This document shows, piece by piece, positions 1 to 7,983 of a DNA stretch of 64,000 nt (position 1 is its first letter; every line of letters begins with the position of its first letter). The stretch is from an uncultured Myxococcales bacterium. Its GTDB lineage: Bacteria; Myxococcota; UBA4151. The notes beneath the pieces were generated by a model. The model was not told where the DNA came from, did not search any database, and saw only the letters and a program-made list of their open reading frames with translations. The position numbers and the translations under genes are program-made. The DNA lies in the NCBI GenBank assembly GCA_964013405.1, contig CAXGWI010000004.1, forward strand, positions 14,101 through 78,100, read 5' to 3'.

Positions 1-484
1 GGGTGGTGACCGCAAACCGGTCCCCATCGGAACTCTCCAGTTCCCAGTGCCGTACACCCTCGCCGTGTTGCTTCGAGGTGATCACCTCCACCCGTCCGGC
101 CTTTAAATCGGCGGTGGCCTCCATCATTTCCCGCATCATTTCCAGTGCGTCTGCCGCTTCTAAGGGAGTGATCCGACCCGCATCGAGAGCGGTGAGCACC
201 CGTTCGGTGCTGGTCTCAAGAGCCTTCCGAAAGCCCTCGTGGCTGGCTTCGGGAAACAGGCTTGCCGTCGCTTCAGACTGAGCCAAAAGGCGCTCTTTGA
301 GTTGGGGGAGGTCCGTCGCATTCCGGTGTCTCGAGCCCAGTAGATCGACCGGCTGGGTTTCCTCGAAGCGGTCGGGAGCCACCGCTGTCTCGGGCGGAGT
401 TGGTGGGAGGAGGGTATCGGTCTCTGTCGGGACCAGAATGGGTTGGCGGGGCCCGGGGGCGCCGTCGATGGGACGGCCGCTCAT
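1..484 (-). CDS. Hypothetical protein, 3' end truncated by the window edge; Pro-rich leader ending in DRFE
   Basis: Not in the ORF track because it runs off the edge. Manual translation from ATG 484 gives MSGRPIDGAPGPRQPILVPTETDTLLPPTPPETAVAPDRFEETQP... and is open to position 1. The ATG overlaps the PLD stop (ATGA, 481-484). Confidence 0.75.
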   Translation of the reverse strand, partial: MSGRPIDGAPGPRQPILVPTETDTLLPPTPPETAVAPDRFEETQPVDLLGSRHRNATDLPQLKERLLAQSEATASLFPEASHEGFRKALETSTERVLTALDAGRITPLEAADALEMMREMMEATADLKAGRVEVITSKQHGEGVRHWELESSDGDRFAVTT

Positions 485-2082
485 GGCGCCTCCGGGAGGA
501 CGGTTGCGTCGTCCTCAGGTCGAGCCAGGAGCCGCCGGTTGCTTTCGAGGACTTGGCCCGAGGCATCTTCAATGCGGTATTCGAGGAGACTGCCGAACGG
601 GAGTTGGAGCCCAGGCCCTTGGGAATCGATGGGGAGGCCCGGGGCCCCGTCTGTGGGTTGGAGGGCGGGGTGGTCACCAACGAGGTAATAGTTGCCCTCT
701 CTGTCACCGACGAGTGATCGAGCGCTGACGTCCACCTTGGGCCAAGACTCGAGGGCTTGTAGCTTCTCGATCGTCCCTTGGGCCGGGCCATGCTCAGGAT
801 CCTGGCCATCATACTTTCGCAACAAGCCCAGCATGTTCGAAAGATAGCGTCGGCCGGTACGTCCGTCATCGACTCGCCCGCTCTCGATGAAGAGGAAACT
901 CTCTTCGTTACGAGCCCGTTTCCGTCCGCTCCCCATGCCACTGCGAGTCCAATTGCCGGCCCCCGTGATGACCTTCATGTCGTTGAGCCCGAAGACCGCG
1001 GCTTTCGAGTGCACTGCGTTGTAAGGGCCTGTTGTGTTGATGAACTCATGGACCGGAATCCCGGCCCGCTCCAGGTCTTCATCCACCCAACTGTTGGAGG
1101 CGAAGTGTCCATACATTTCGATCCGGTTGCCGGCGAGATCCCGTCCGTCACTCTTCTTTCGGTCGGTGATGACGAGGACTTCAACGCCACGAGCTTTGGC
1201 CTCAATGAGTTTTTCAGTCAGTTTCTTCTTATCCTTTGGACTCTCTAAGTCCTTGAGATCGAAGACGGAGAGGCCGATGAACTCATCTTCCGCATCAATC
1301 CACTCGAACAGCTTCTCCAGCGGACGGGGGCCACTCTTAGCGGGGGTAAACAGGACATTGATACCCCGCTCCCCATCCCAGACATTTTCCGTTCGCTTAT
1401 GGCGACGAACGTCCTGAAATTTCTTTTCATAGAGGGAGACAAGGCCCGGATCACGGATCAGGTTGAGGTTCTCGTCATTTCGACTGGCGCCGTCTCCCGG
1501 GTTCATCGAGCCTGAAAGAACGACTTCGACCGGCTGGCCCGTTGTGGGGTCCAGACTGCGAAAGATTCGACTCTTTAGATGCATCAGATGGTTGGAGTCG
1601 ATGCCGACCAGATGGGCCCGCTCTCGCTCCTCCTGCGGAATGTCTCGGTCGCTTCGGATGACCTTGAGTCCGGCTGCCTCGAATTGTTCGTCGACCGTGT
1701 TCCACTCCCGCTCTGGACTGATTTGATCGGCTTCGATGAGGACCCGCACTTCGACGCCAGCTTGATGAGCCTCGATGAGCTTGTTGATGACTTTGGAACT
1801 GCGAAGATTGTAGACAGCGTAATGGATCTGATGGGGATTTTCCCCTGCTGCATAAGTTTGCTGATCCGCTCGAGCCCCGACGATGACGTTCTCGATGAGT
1901 CTAAGTTCGGCTTTGGCCGCGGGGTCTTCGGGGGTGAAGTAGGCTTCGAAGCGCGCGCCTGGAGCACGAGCTTCGAAGCGGTCTCCCTCCGAGTTGGGCG
2001 ATGGTGACGGTGACGTCACGTCGCCCGGACCATGGGGGGCATCCGTGCGGGGTGTACCACCTGTGCTCGGTATCCGAGGCAA
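481..2082 (-). CDS. Phospholipase D superfamily protein with two HxK motifs and a degenerate CBM20-like C-terminus
   Basis: Motifs MHLKSRIF..SGSMNP and VHSKAAVF..TGAGNWT, plus YFTP / IHYAVYNL / LSVFDL PLD strands. Probable start is TTG 2082, preceded by GAGGAG (ORF track start 2214). Confidence 0.85.
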   Translation of the reverse strand: MPRIPSTGGTPRTDAPHGPGDVTSPSPSPNSEGDRFEARAPGARFEAYFTPEDPAAKAELRLIENVIVGARADQQTYAAGENPHQIHYAVYNLRSSKVINKLIEAHQAGVEVRVLIEADQISPEREWNTVDEQFEAAGLKVIRSDRDIPQEERERAHLVGIDSNHLMHLKSRIFRSLDPTTGQPVEVVLSGSMNPGDGASRNDENLNLIRDPGLVSLYEKKFQDVRRHKRTENVWDGERGINVLFTPAKSGPRPLEKLFEWIDAEDEFIGLSVFDLKDLESPKDKKKLTEKLIEAKARGVEVLVITDRKKSDGRDLAGNRIEMYGHFASNSWVDEDLERAGIPVHEFINTTGPYNAVHSKAAVFGLNDMKVITGAGNWTRSGMGSGRKRARNEESFLFIESGRVDDGRTGRRYLSNMLGLLRKYDGQDPEHGPAQGTIEKLQALESWPKVDVSARSLVGDREGNYYLVGDHPALQPTDGAPGLPIDSQGPGLQLPFGSLLEYRIEDASGQVLESNRRLLARPEDDATVLPEAP

Positions 2083-2203
2083 GCCAACTCTCCTCTTCCT
2101 ATCGTGCACGTGTTCTCGGTTCAGATGCAAACCGGGTGCTCCGGCGAACGACGTAGGCTTGTCTGGAGGGCCAAAAATAGGGAGACCGAACCGAGGAGGG
2201 CTT

Positions 2204-2899
2204 GTGTCCATCATCCTTGTGGGGGGACTCGAGCCCTCTGGAGAAGCGGGATTGGCCTTTCATCGGGGCCTTCTAAAGCGGGCCGATGATGCGAAGAATA
2301 TTCTCCATATTCCCGCAGCACGCCATGATGCGCCGAGCCGTCAGGCAGAATTTCGTTTGGCTTACGAGGGAGCCTTGGCTTGCCATGTCGAAACCCTGGA
2401 ACTCCATCGTCGCCGCCCTCCTAGAGTCGAGGTGCTAGCAAGCCTTGAGTGGGCTGATCTGGTCTTCCTTGATGGGGGCAACAGCGCTTGGCTCATGGAG
2501 GCTCTAGATGCTGCCCACCTCGCTCCCTTGCTGCAAGGTTTTGCCCAGGGGTCTAAATGGCTGCTGGGCTTTTCAGCGGGTGCCAATTGCCTCCACGAAC
2601 AAGGCTGGTCTGCGGCCGCGGGGCAACGCCCCGTGCCTGGTCTAGGCATCCTCCCAGGTGGCTTCGCCCCCCACGGCAGCAACCCGGGGCGCAGCAAGGC
2701 GCTCCAGACCCATTTGGCCCAGCGCTGCGAACGATGGCTCGTGTGTGCTGATGGTTCTGCAGTGGCACTTCAGGCCGGAAGCTACGAGATTCTTGGCTCA
2801 GGGGTCGAAGTCCACGACCACCGTGAGGGATCCCTCCAAATCATCCCCCTGGAGCCGGGCCATCGGGGACCAACGGATGAACTCTATCGGACCCGATGA
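2204..2899 (+). CDS. Peptidase S51 family (dipeptidase E / cyanophycinase-like, class I GATase fold)
   Basis: HIPAA, DLVFLDGGNS, nucleophile motif GFSAGA, GLGILP and PH. GTG 2204 follows GAGGAGG. Confidence 0.8.
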   Translation: MSIILVGGLEPSGEAGLAFHRGLLKRADDAKNILHIPAARHDAPSRQAEFRLAYEGALACHVETLELHRRRPPRVEVLASLEWADLVFLDGGNSAWLMEALDAAHLAPLLQGFAQGSKWLLGFSAGANCLHEQGWSAAAGQRPVPGLGILPGGFAPHGSNPGRSKALQTHLAQRCERWLVCADGSAVALQAGSYEILGSGVEVHDHREGSLQIIPLEPGHRGPTDELYRTR

Positions 2900-2954
2900 T
2901 GCTGGTGTCTAGGCGCAGAGGACTGATTCTGCGATAATGGGGCAGGGGGGTGCT

Positions 2955-3824
2955 TTGATCTACCGATTGCTGGTCGTGGTGCTCTTGGGCTTGAGCGCGT
3001 GCGTGACGATTCACCGTGTGATGACCGTGCCGCCGGTGCGCAAGCAACTGGCGAAGAGCGCCGGGCAAGCCAACAAATTGTTCCGGGGGGTTCAAGAGGG
3101 GCGACTGCAACGACAACGCGTGCTGACGCGCCTCTACGCAGAAGGGGCAAACCGCCAAGAAGAGCCCTATCGAGGCTTACAGGCCCATCTCTCTGAGTTG
3201 GCCAAAGTCACGCGGACGGTAAAAGGTTCCCATGACAAGATTCAGCGCCACCGGCAGGACTTCCTAGCGCTTACGAAGGGACGGAAGCGACTGCGTAGCG
3301 ACGGGCACCGATACACGCAGGCCCACGCTTTGATCGACAAGGTAAAAGGGGAATTGAAGACGCTCCAAGGCCTGAGCAACCAAGCAAGAGCTCAAGCCAA
3401 GCAGTTTGATCGTCTGGCGAAGAAAAGTCGCATCAAAGAGGTCGACGCGACGAAGCTCAGTGCCCAACTCAAAAAGCAGACGCGTAAGACCCGGGCTGAG
3501 ATGACTCGATTTAATGGCTCGCTCAAAAAAGCCAGAGGCATGATGCGTCAGGCCGGGGGGCGCATGTCGAAAGACACCCGGGCTAGTCGTCAAAAACTGC
3601 TCAGTCAGATGCGGATCAAGCTTGCGAATATCGAGGTGCAAGTGGCCAAGATTGAGGGGCTAGCCGAACGATTCGAGATTGAACGGCGTAAGCGGTCAAA
3701 GCTGCTTGTGGGCCCAGGGATGGTGGCCTTCGATGTGCTCGATGAAGTCACGGCAGCGGGCCGCCTCCTTCGTAAAGAAGGAGCCGAGCTACAAAAGCTG
3801 TTGCAACGATTCCGAGCTCAGTGA
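2955..3824 (+). CDS. Highly basic coiled-coil lipoprotein of unknown function
   Basis: Hydrophobic stretch with lipobox LLGLSA-C, followed by a K/R/Q/L-rich helical body. Confidence 0.65.
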   Translation: MIYRLLVVVLLGLSACVTIHRVMTVPPVRKQLAKSAGQANKLFRGVQEGRLQRQRVLTRLYAEGANRQEEPYRGLQAHLSELAKVTRTVKGSHDKIQRHRQDFLALTKGRKRLRSDGHRYTQAHALIDKVKGELKTLQGLSNQARAQAKQFDRLAKKSRIKEVDATKLSAQLKKQTRKTRAEMTRFNGSLKKARGMMRQAGGRMSKDTRASRQKLLSQMRIKLANIEVQVAKIEGLAERFEIERRKRSKLLVGPGMVAFDVLDEVTAAGRLLRKEGAELQKLLQRFRAQ

Positions 3825-4111
3825 CGGAGGTGCTGCAAGAGCAGCAGGTTGAATTCGTCGAGGGCCTCGTCAAACCCTTCCGGGCTTGGCTCGTTGAGGA
3901 CTTCGTGGGTCGGCGAGCTGGATTCCAGCGCTTGGGTGAGCCCGGTCCGTTCGCCAGCTTGCAAGCGGTGCATACCCTCGGGGCGGGTCATGCCCTCGAA
4001 ACGATCCTCGCTTCGTACCGGTTTTTGCTGGGGGGTCTGAACGGTCGGGCCCGCTGGGCTTGGCTTCACCGGTGGTTTACTGCCCGGATTTCCTGTGCGG
4101 TGAATGCTCAT
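3818..4111 (-). CDS. Small (97 aa) hypothetical protein with a Pro-rich leader ending in DRFE
   Basis: ATG 4111 overlaps the stop of the upstream gene (ATGA). Sequence MSIHRTGNPGSKPPVKPSPAGPTVQTPQQKPVRSEDRFE...FDEALDEFNLLLLQHLRH. Confidence 0.6.
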   Translation of the reverse strand: MSIHRTGNPGSKPPVKPSPAGPTVQTPQQKPVRSEDRFEGMTRPEGMHRLQAGERTGLTQALESSSPTHEVLNEPSPEGFDEALDEFNLLLLQHLRH

Positions 4112-4500
4112 GCCCATGCTCCCGTGTCGAGGAACTGCTCCGCTCGAGTCATTTCTGTGAAGGCATCGATGATACTGGTCAAGCCCCGGTGACGGTAGCT
4201 CTCCTGCAGTTTGCCGGCCATGGCTGGAAACCGAACCACATGGGCCAAGCGCACCATACCTCGGTTCAAGGCCCATTTCTGCAGCCGCTTGAGCAAAGCG
4301 AGCGCTTCCCGGGACGTTTCTCTCAGCTTGCGAGTATCCAAGAGAAGGGAGAATGCCCGTCCAGAAAAGCCCTGGACGCAGAGTTTGAGTTCAGCGCCTA
4401 GGCGATGGACATCAGCGGTTTCAAGACGAGACCCGCAGCGCACTTGGAGGATGGGCGTGCCCCCTCCTGGAATGGTGCAATGAATCTCGTAACTAGTCAT
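4108..4500 (-). CDS. STAS/SpoIIAA-like (STAS/SEC14) small protein
   Basis: 130 aa. FSLLLDTRKL..S.EAL, GMVRLAHVV and F.EM..AEQFL fit the SpoIIAA-like fold pattern. Confidence 0.6.
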   Translation of the reverse strand: MTSYEIHCTIPGGGTPILQVRCGSRLETADVHRLGAELKLCVQGFSGRAFSLLLDTRKLRETSREALALLKRLQKWALNRGMVRLAHVVRFPAMAGKLQESYRHRGLTSIIDAFTEMTRAEQFLDTGAWA

Positions 4501-4580
4501 GGCTTTGGGAGCATCCTAAGAAGCGATGGAGGTATCGGTTCGGGGACCGAGCGGTTGTCTCCGCCAATTGTCCGAGGGGG

Positions 4581-6206
4581 CTAGGGCTGCTGAACAAGGT
4601 GGCCATCCCCCCGGGTCCCCAGATAACCGCCCCAGCGAATCACCTCTGGCACAGGGCTGGAGAGGTCCCGTCGCTCCAAGCGAAAGCCATTGGGGCGGAA
4701 GGTACTCAACAGCATTTCCAATCGCCCATCTCCATCCAGATCACCGACCCACGGCGTGCCAAAGCTTGAGCCTCGAAAACGTTCCAACTCGACGAGGCTC
4801 CTGGCGTTGGGGTCAAACATGAGAATCTGCTCATCGAGTTCTGGGTGACCCAATGGGTTGCCATCATCGTGATCGAGGATAGGGTTCGTCAAGAGGATCG
4901 CTTCATCTTTTCCATCTCCGTTCACATCGACCAAGACGGGCGATGAGATGATGGTGCGTTCGATCGTTTCCTCGAAGATCCGGGCCCCCGTTGCACCGTC
5001 GACCGCGATCAGGATCGTCTCGGTCCATTGGGGATAAGTGCCTCGACTGAACGATGCGAAGACATCGGGAACCTCGTCTTCGTTAAAGTGACCTAGGCCG
5101 GGCGAAACTTGCGTCTCTGAACCGGTGACGGTGAGCGACCAAAGGGTCTCTCCAGACAAGGGCGACAGGGCGATGAGTCGGCCATCGAATGTAGCCACGA
5201 CCACATCGAGATTTTGGTCGCCGTCGAGATCGGTCATGGCGGGGGGAGCAATAATCCCCTTGTGGGTCGTCGGCACCGTGAGCGCCTCAGCGGCGTCCAA
5301 GTCGCCTCGCAGAAGGGCATCGAGTGGGCTTGTCCAAAGGGCCCCCTGATGGGTTTCGCCGCCACTCCCAAAGAGGAGCTGCCAGGGGAGATCGGGACTT
5401 TGGCGCCAACGGTAGGGGGAGACATAGGTTTCAGCCCGGTCAGGCATGGGCGCTGAGGCGACGATCGTGCCATCGGCCCCGGAGAGGACCATCAGGTGCC
5501 CAGGGGGGCGCGGGGTGAAGGGCTGCAGCGTGGAGTCGCCACCGTTTGCGACGAGGACCTCTGCTCGGCCATCTCCATTTTGGTCTGGCAGGAGTTGGGG
5601 AGAGTAGAAGTTGAACCAACCATCTCCCCGGGCCGCCTGGCCGGTGGGTTCGAAGGCCCAGATCAGGCGTCCATCATGACCTGAGATCGCTCTAAGTTCC
5701 GCATTTCGACCACCGATGATCACATCGTCGATCCCGTCTTCATCGAGGTCGGCCAGGGCTGCGGTGCCAAAGACTTCTTCTCCGGCTGAGGCTCGCCAGA
5801 GTTCTTCGCCACTCCGACCGTCGATGGCCTGAATCGTTCCCTGATGCATAATTTCCATACCGCAGCCGACGACTGCATCGAGAACACCATCACCATTGAA
5901 GTCAGCGACTCGGATCGATGAAACCGAGGGTTGGGCCAGGTCTGCGGCCCATTGGAGCGCTACGGTCGGGGGGTAGGCAAGGGGTGGGCCGCTGTCTGCT
6001 GCTGGACCACTATCGACCGGACGGCCCCCGTCCCAAGGGCCCCCATCGGTTTGGGCCGGCCCATCAGATTGGCCCAGGTCCCGACCCGCCGAAGCATCTG
6101 GGGCTTCGAAGCCCCCATCACTTTGATCCACGGCAGCATCGGCAACTGGTGGTGCTTCGCCCAAGGGACAGGCACAAAGAAGGAATGCCGGTACCAGTTG
6201 ACGCAT
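4581..6206 (-). CDS. Lipoprotein with FG-GAP/PQQ-like beta-propeller (FAM234-like), paralog 1
   Basis: MRQLVPAFLLCA-CP signal and DGG linker. Repeated DxNGDGxxD Ca-binding blades, NFYSPQ, MPDRAETYVSP and C-terminal WGGYLG. Confidence 0.75.
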   Translation of the reverse strand: MRQLVPAFLLCACPLGEAPPVADAAVDQSDGGFEAPDASAGRDLGQSDGPAQTDGGPWDGGRPVDSGPAADSGPPLAYPPTVALQWAADLAQPSVSSIRVADFNGDGVLDAVVGCGMEIMHQGTIQAIDGRSGEELWRASAGEEVFGTAALADLDEDGIDDVIIGGRNAELRAISGHDGRLIWAFEPTGQAARGDGWFNFYSPQLLPDQNGDGRAEVLVANGGDSTLQPFTPRPPGHLMVLSGADGTIVASAPMPDRAETYVSPYRWRQSPDLPWQLLFGSGGETHQGALWTSPLDALLRGDLDAAEALTVPTTHKGIIAPPAMTDLDGDQNLDVVVATFDGRLIALSPLSGETLWSLTVTGSETQVSPGLGHFNEDEVPDVFASFSRGTYPQWTETILIAVDGATGARIFEETIERTIISSPVLVDVNGDGKDEAILLTNPILDHDDGNPLGHPELDEQILMFDPNARSLVELERFRGSSFGTPWVGDLDGDGRLEMLLSTFRPNGFRLERRDLSSPVPEVIRWGGYLGTRGDGHLVQQP

Positions 6207-6291
6207 GGCGCAGACTCCAACACGGCGAGACTTTACCGATTGCGAGGGGCGACCAAGTCCCATTATCTCCCCCTCGCAAGGAGAACGTAGC

Positions 6292-7983
6292 ATGGCCTCA
6301 CCTCAATTTCCCGAACCACCCGACGCTGTTGAGCCCACGACGGAGGCGGCCATCGACCAGGCCCTAGAGAAGCTGACTGCGAACAAGGAGCGCTGGGTTG
6401 ATTTGGAACTCTCCGCACGGCTGCGGCTTCTTGAGCAATTGAAAGACCGAACCCTGGCCCAGGCGCAAACTTGGGTGGAGCTTACCTGCCGCTCCCAGGG
6501 GCAATCTGTTGAAAGTAGTGGGGCGGGGGGCCCCTGGCTTGGGGGCCCGGTGACCACCATGCGGAATATTAGTCTCCTCATCGACACCCTCAAGGCCGGT
6601 GGGCAGCCGAAGCCGCCGAGCGTCGATGATGGTCCCGGGGGGCGAAAGATTGCGCAAGTGTATCCCCAAACCCTGCTCGACAAGATTTTGATGCCAGGGA
6701 TCACCGGTGAGGTTTGGATTCAAGCCGGTGCGCCGGCGAGTCAGGGCCGATTTTACCGAGAAGGTGCCCAGGGCAAGGTTGCCTTGGTGCTCGGTGCGGG
6801 AAATGTGAACTCGATCGGCCCCATGGACGTGCTCTATAAGCTTTATGCCGAGGGCGAAGTCTGCATTCTGAAAATGAATCCGGTGAACGAATACATCGGC
6901 CCGGTGATCGAAGAAGCGTTTAAGCCCTTGATCGACGAAGGCTTCCTCGCTGTCGTTTACGGTGGCGCTGACGTCGGCCGGTATCTGACATCCCATCCTC
7001 TTGTTGAAACCCTCCACATCACTGGGTCCGATCAAACCCACGACGCCATCATCTGGGGGGGCTCAGAGGAGCGAGATGCGAACAAGGCCGCGGGAAGCCC
7101 CCAGTGTGCCAAGCCAATCAGCTCCGAGCTCGGCTGTGTGACACCTGTGATCGTTGTGCCCGGTGATTGGTCGGCGAAGGAGCTGGACTACCAGGCTCGG
7201 CAGATCGCGGGACAAGTGTTCAACAATGGTTCTTTTAACTGCAATGCAGCCAAGGTCTTGGTGACGAGCGCTGGCTGGTCCCAACGGGAGGCTTTCTTAG
7301 ATCGACTGCGGGCGATCTTTCGGTCGTCGGCCCCCCACAAAGCCTACTATCCCGGTGCGCAGGACCGTTATGAGGGCTTCCTAGCCCATTACCCAGAGGC
7401 GGAGGTCTTAGGCGCCGATGGCGAAGACATCGTGCCGTGGACCTTCATCACCAATGTGCCAGCGGAAGCCGGCGAATACGCCCTAACCAACGAAGCATTT
7501 TGTGGCGTCCTTTGTGAGACGGCGCTCACCGAGCAAGATGCCGGGGCCTTTTTGCGGCGAGCTGTCACCTTCTGCAACGACGCGGTCTGGGGCAACCTGA
7601 GTTGTTCCATCGTCATCGACCCCCGTCAGGAAGCGAAGCACCGGGAGACCCTCGAGTGGGCGGTTGCTGAACTCCGTTATGGCGGTGTCGCCGTCAATGT
7701 TTGGCCCGGGATGATTTACGGGCTCGTGACCACTTCCTGGGGCGCATATCCCGGTAACCCCTTGGAGGACATTCGTTCTGGGCGGGGTGTGGTCCATAAC
7801 AGCTATCTCTTCGACCACCCCGAAAAGAGCGTGGTCCGAGGTCCCTTTGTTCAGAGTCCCCCGGCCGTGTGGGCTGCAGGGCACCGGTCGGCCCATCAGG
7901 TAGGGCGGAAGCTCACCGCCTTCGAGCACACAAAGTCGATCTGGAAAATTCCCGGTTTGGCCATCAGCGCGCTGAAGGGGTGA
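6292..7983 (+). CDS. Aldehyde dehydrogenase family protein
   Basis: VLGAGNV, KMNPVN, HITGS, SELG, catalytic FNCNA and NEAF. ATG 6292 follows AAGGAGA. Confidence 0.9.
   Translation: MASPQFPEPPDAVEPTTEAAIDQALEKLTANKERWVDLELSARLRLLEQLKDRTLAQAQTWVELTCRSQGQSVESSGAGGPWLGGPVTTMRNISLLIDTLKAGGQPKPPSVDDGPGGRKIAQVYPQTLLDKILMPGITGEVWIQAGAPASQGRFYREGAQGKVALVLGAGNVNSIGPMDVLYKLYAEGEVCILKMNPVNEYIGPVIEEAFKPLIDEGFLAVVYGGADVGRYLTSHPLVETLHITGSDQTHDAIIWGGSEERDANKAAGSPQCAKPISSELGCVTPVIVVPGDWSAKELDYQARQIAGQVFNNGSFNCNAAKVLVTSAGWSQREAFLDRLRAIFRSSAPHKAYYPGAQDRYEGFLAHYPEAEVLGADGEDIVPWTFITNVPAEAGEYALTNEAFCGVLCETALTEQDAGAFLRRAVTFCNDAVWGNLSCSIVIDPRQEAKHRETLEWAVAELRYGGVAVNVWPGMIYGLVTTSWGAYPGNPLEDIRSGRGVVHNSYLFDHPEKSVVRGPFVQSPPAVWAAGHRSAHQVGRKLTAFEHTKSIWKIPGLAISALKG

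Noticed and set aside
273..941. 222-aa minus-strand ORF and overlapping plus-strand ORFs
   Set aside because: These are alternative frames across the PLD gene and the coupled gene starting at 484.
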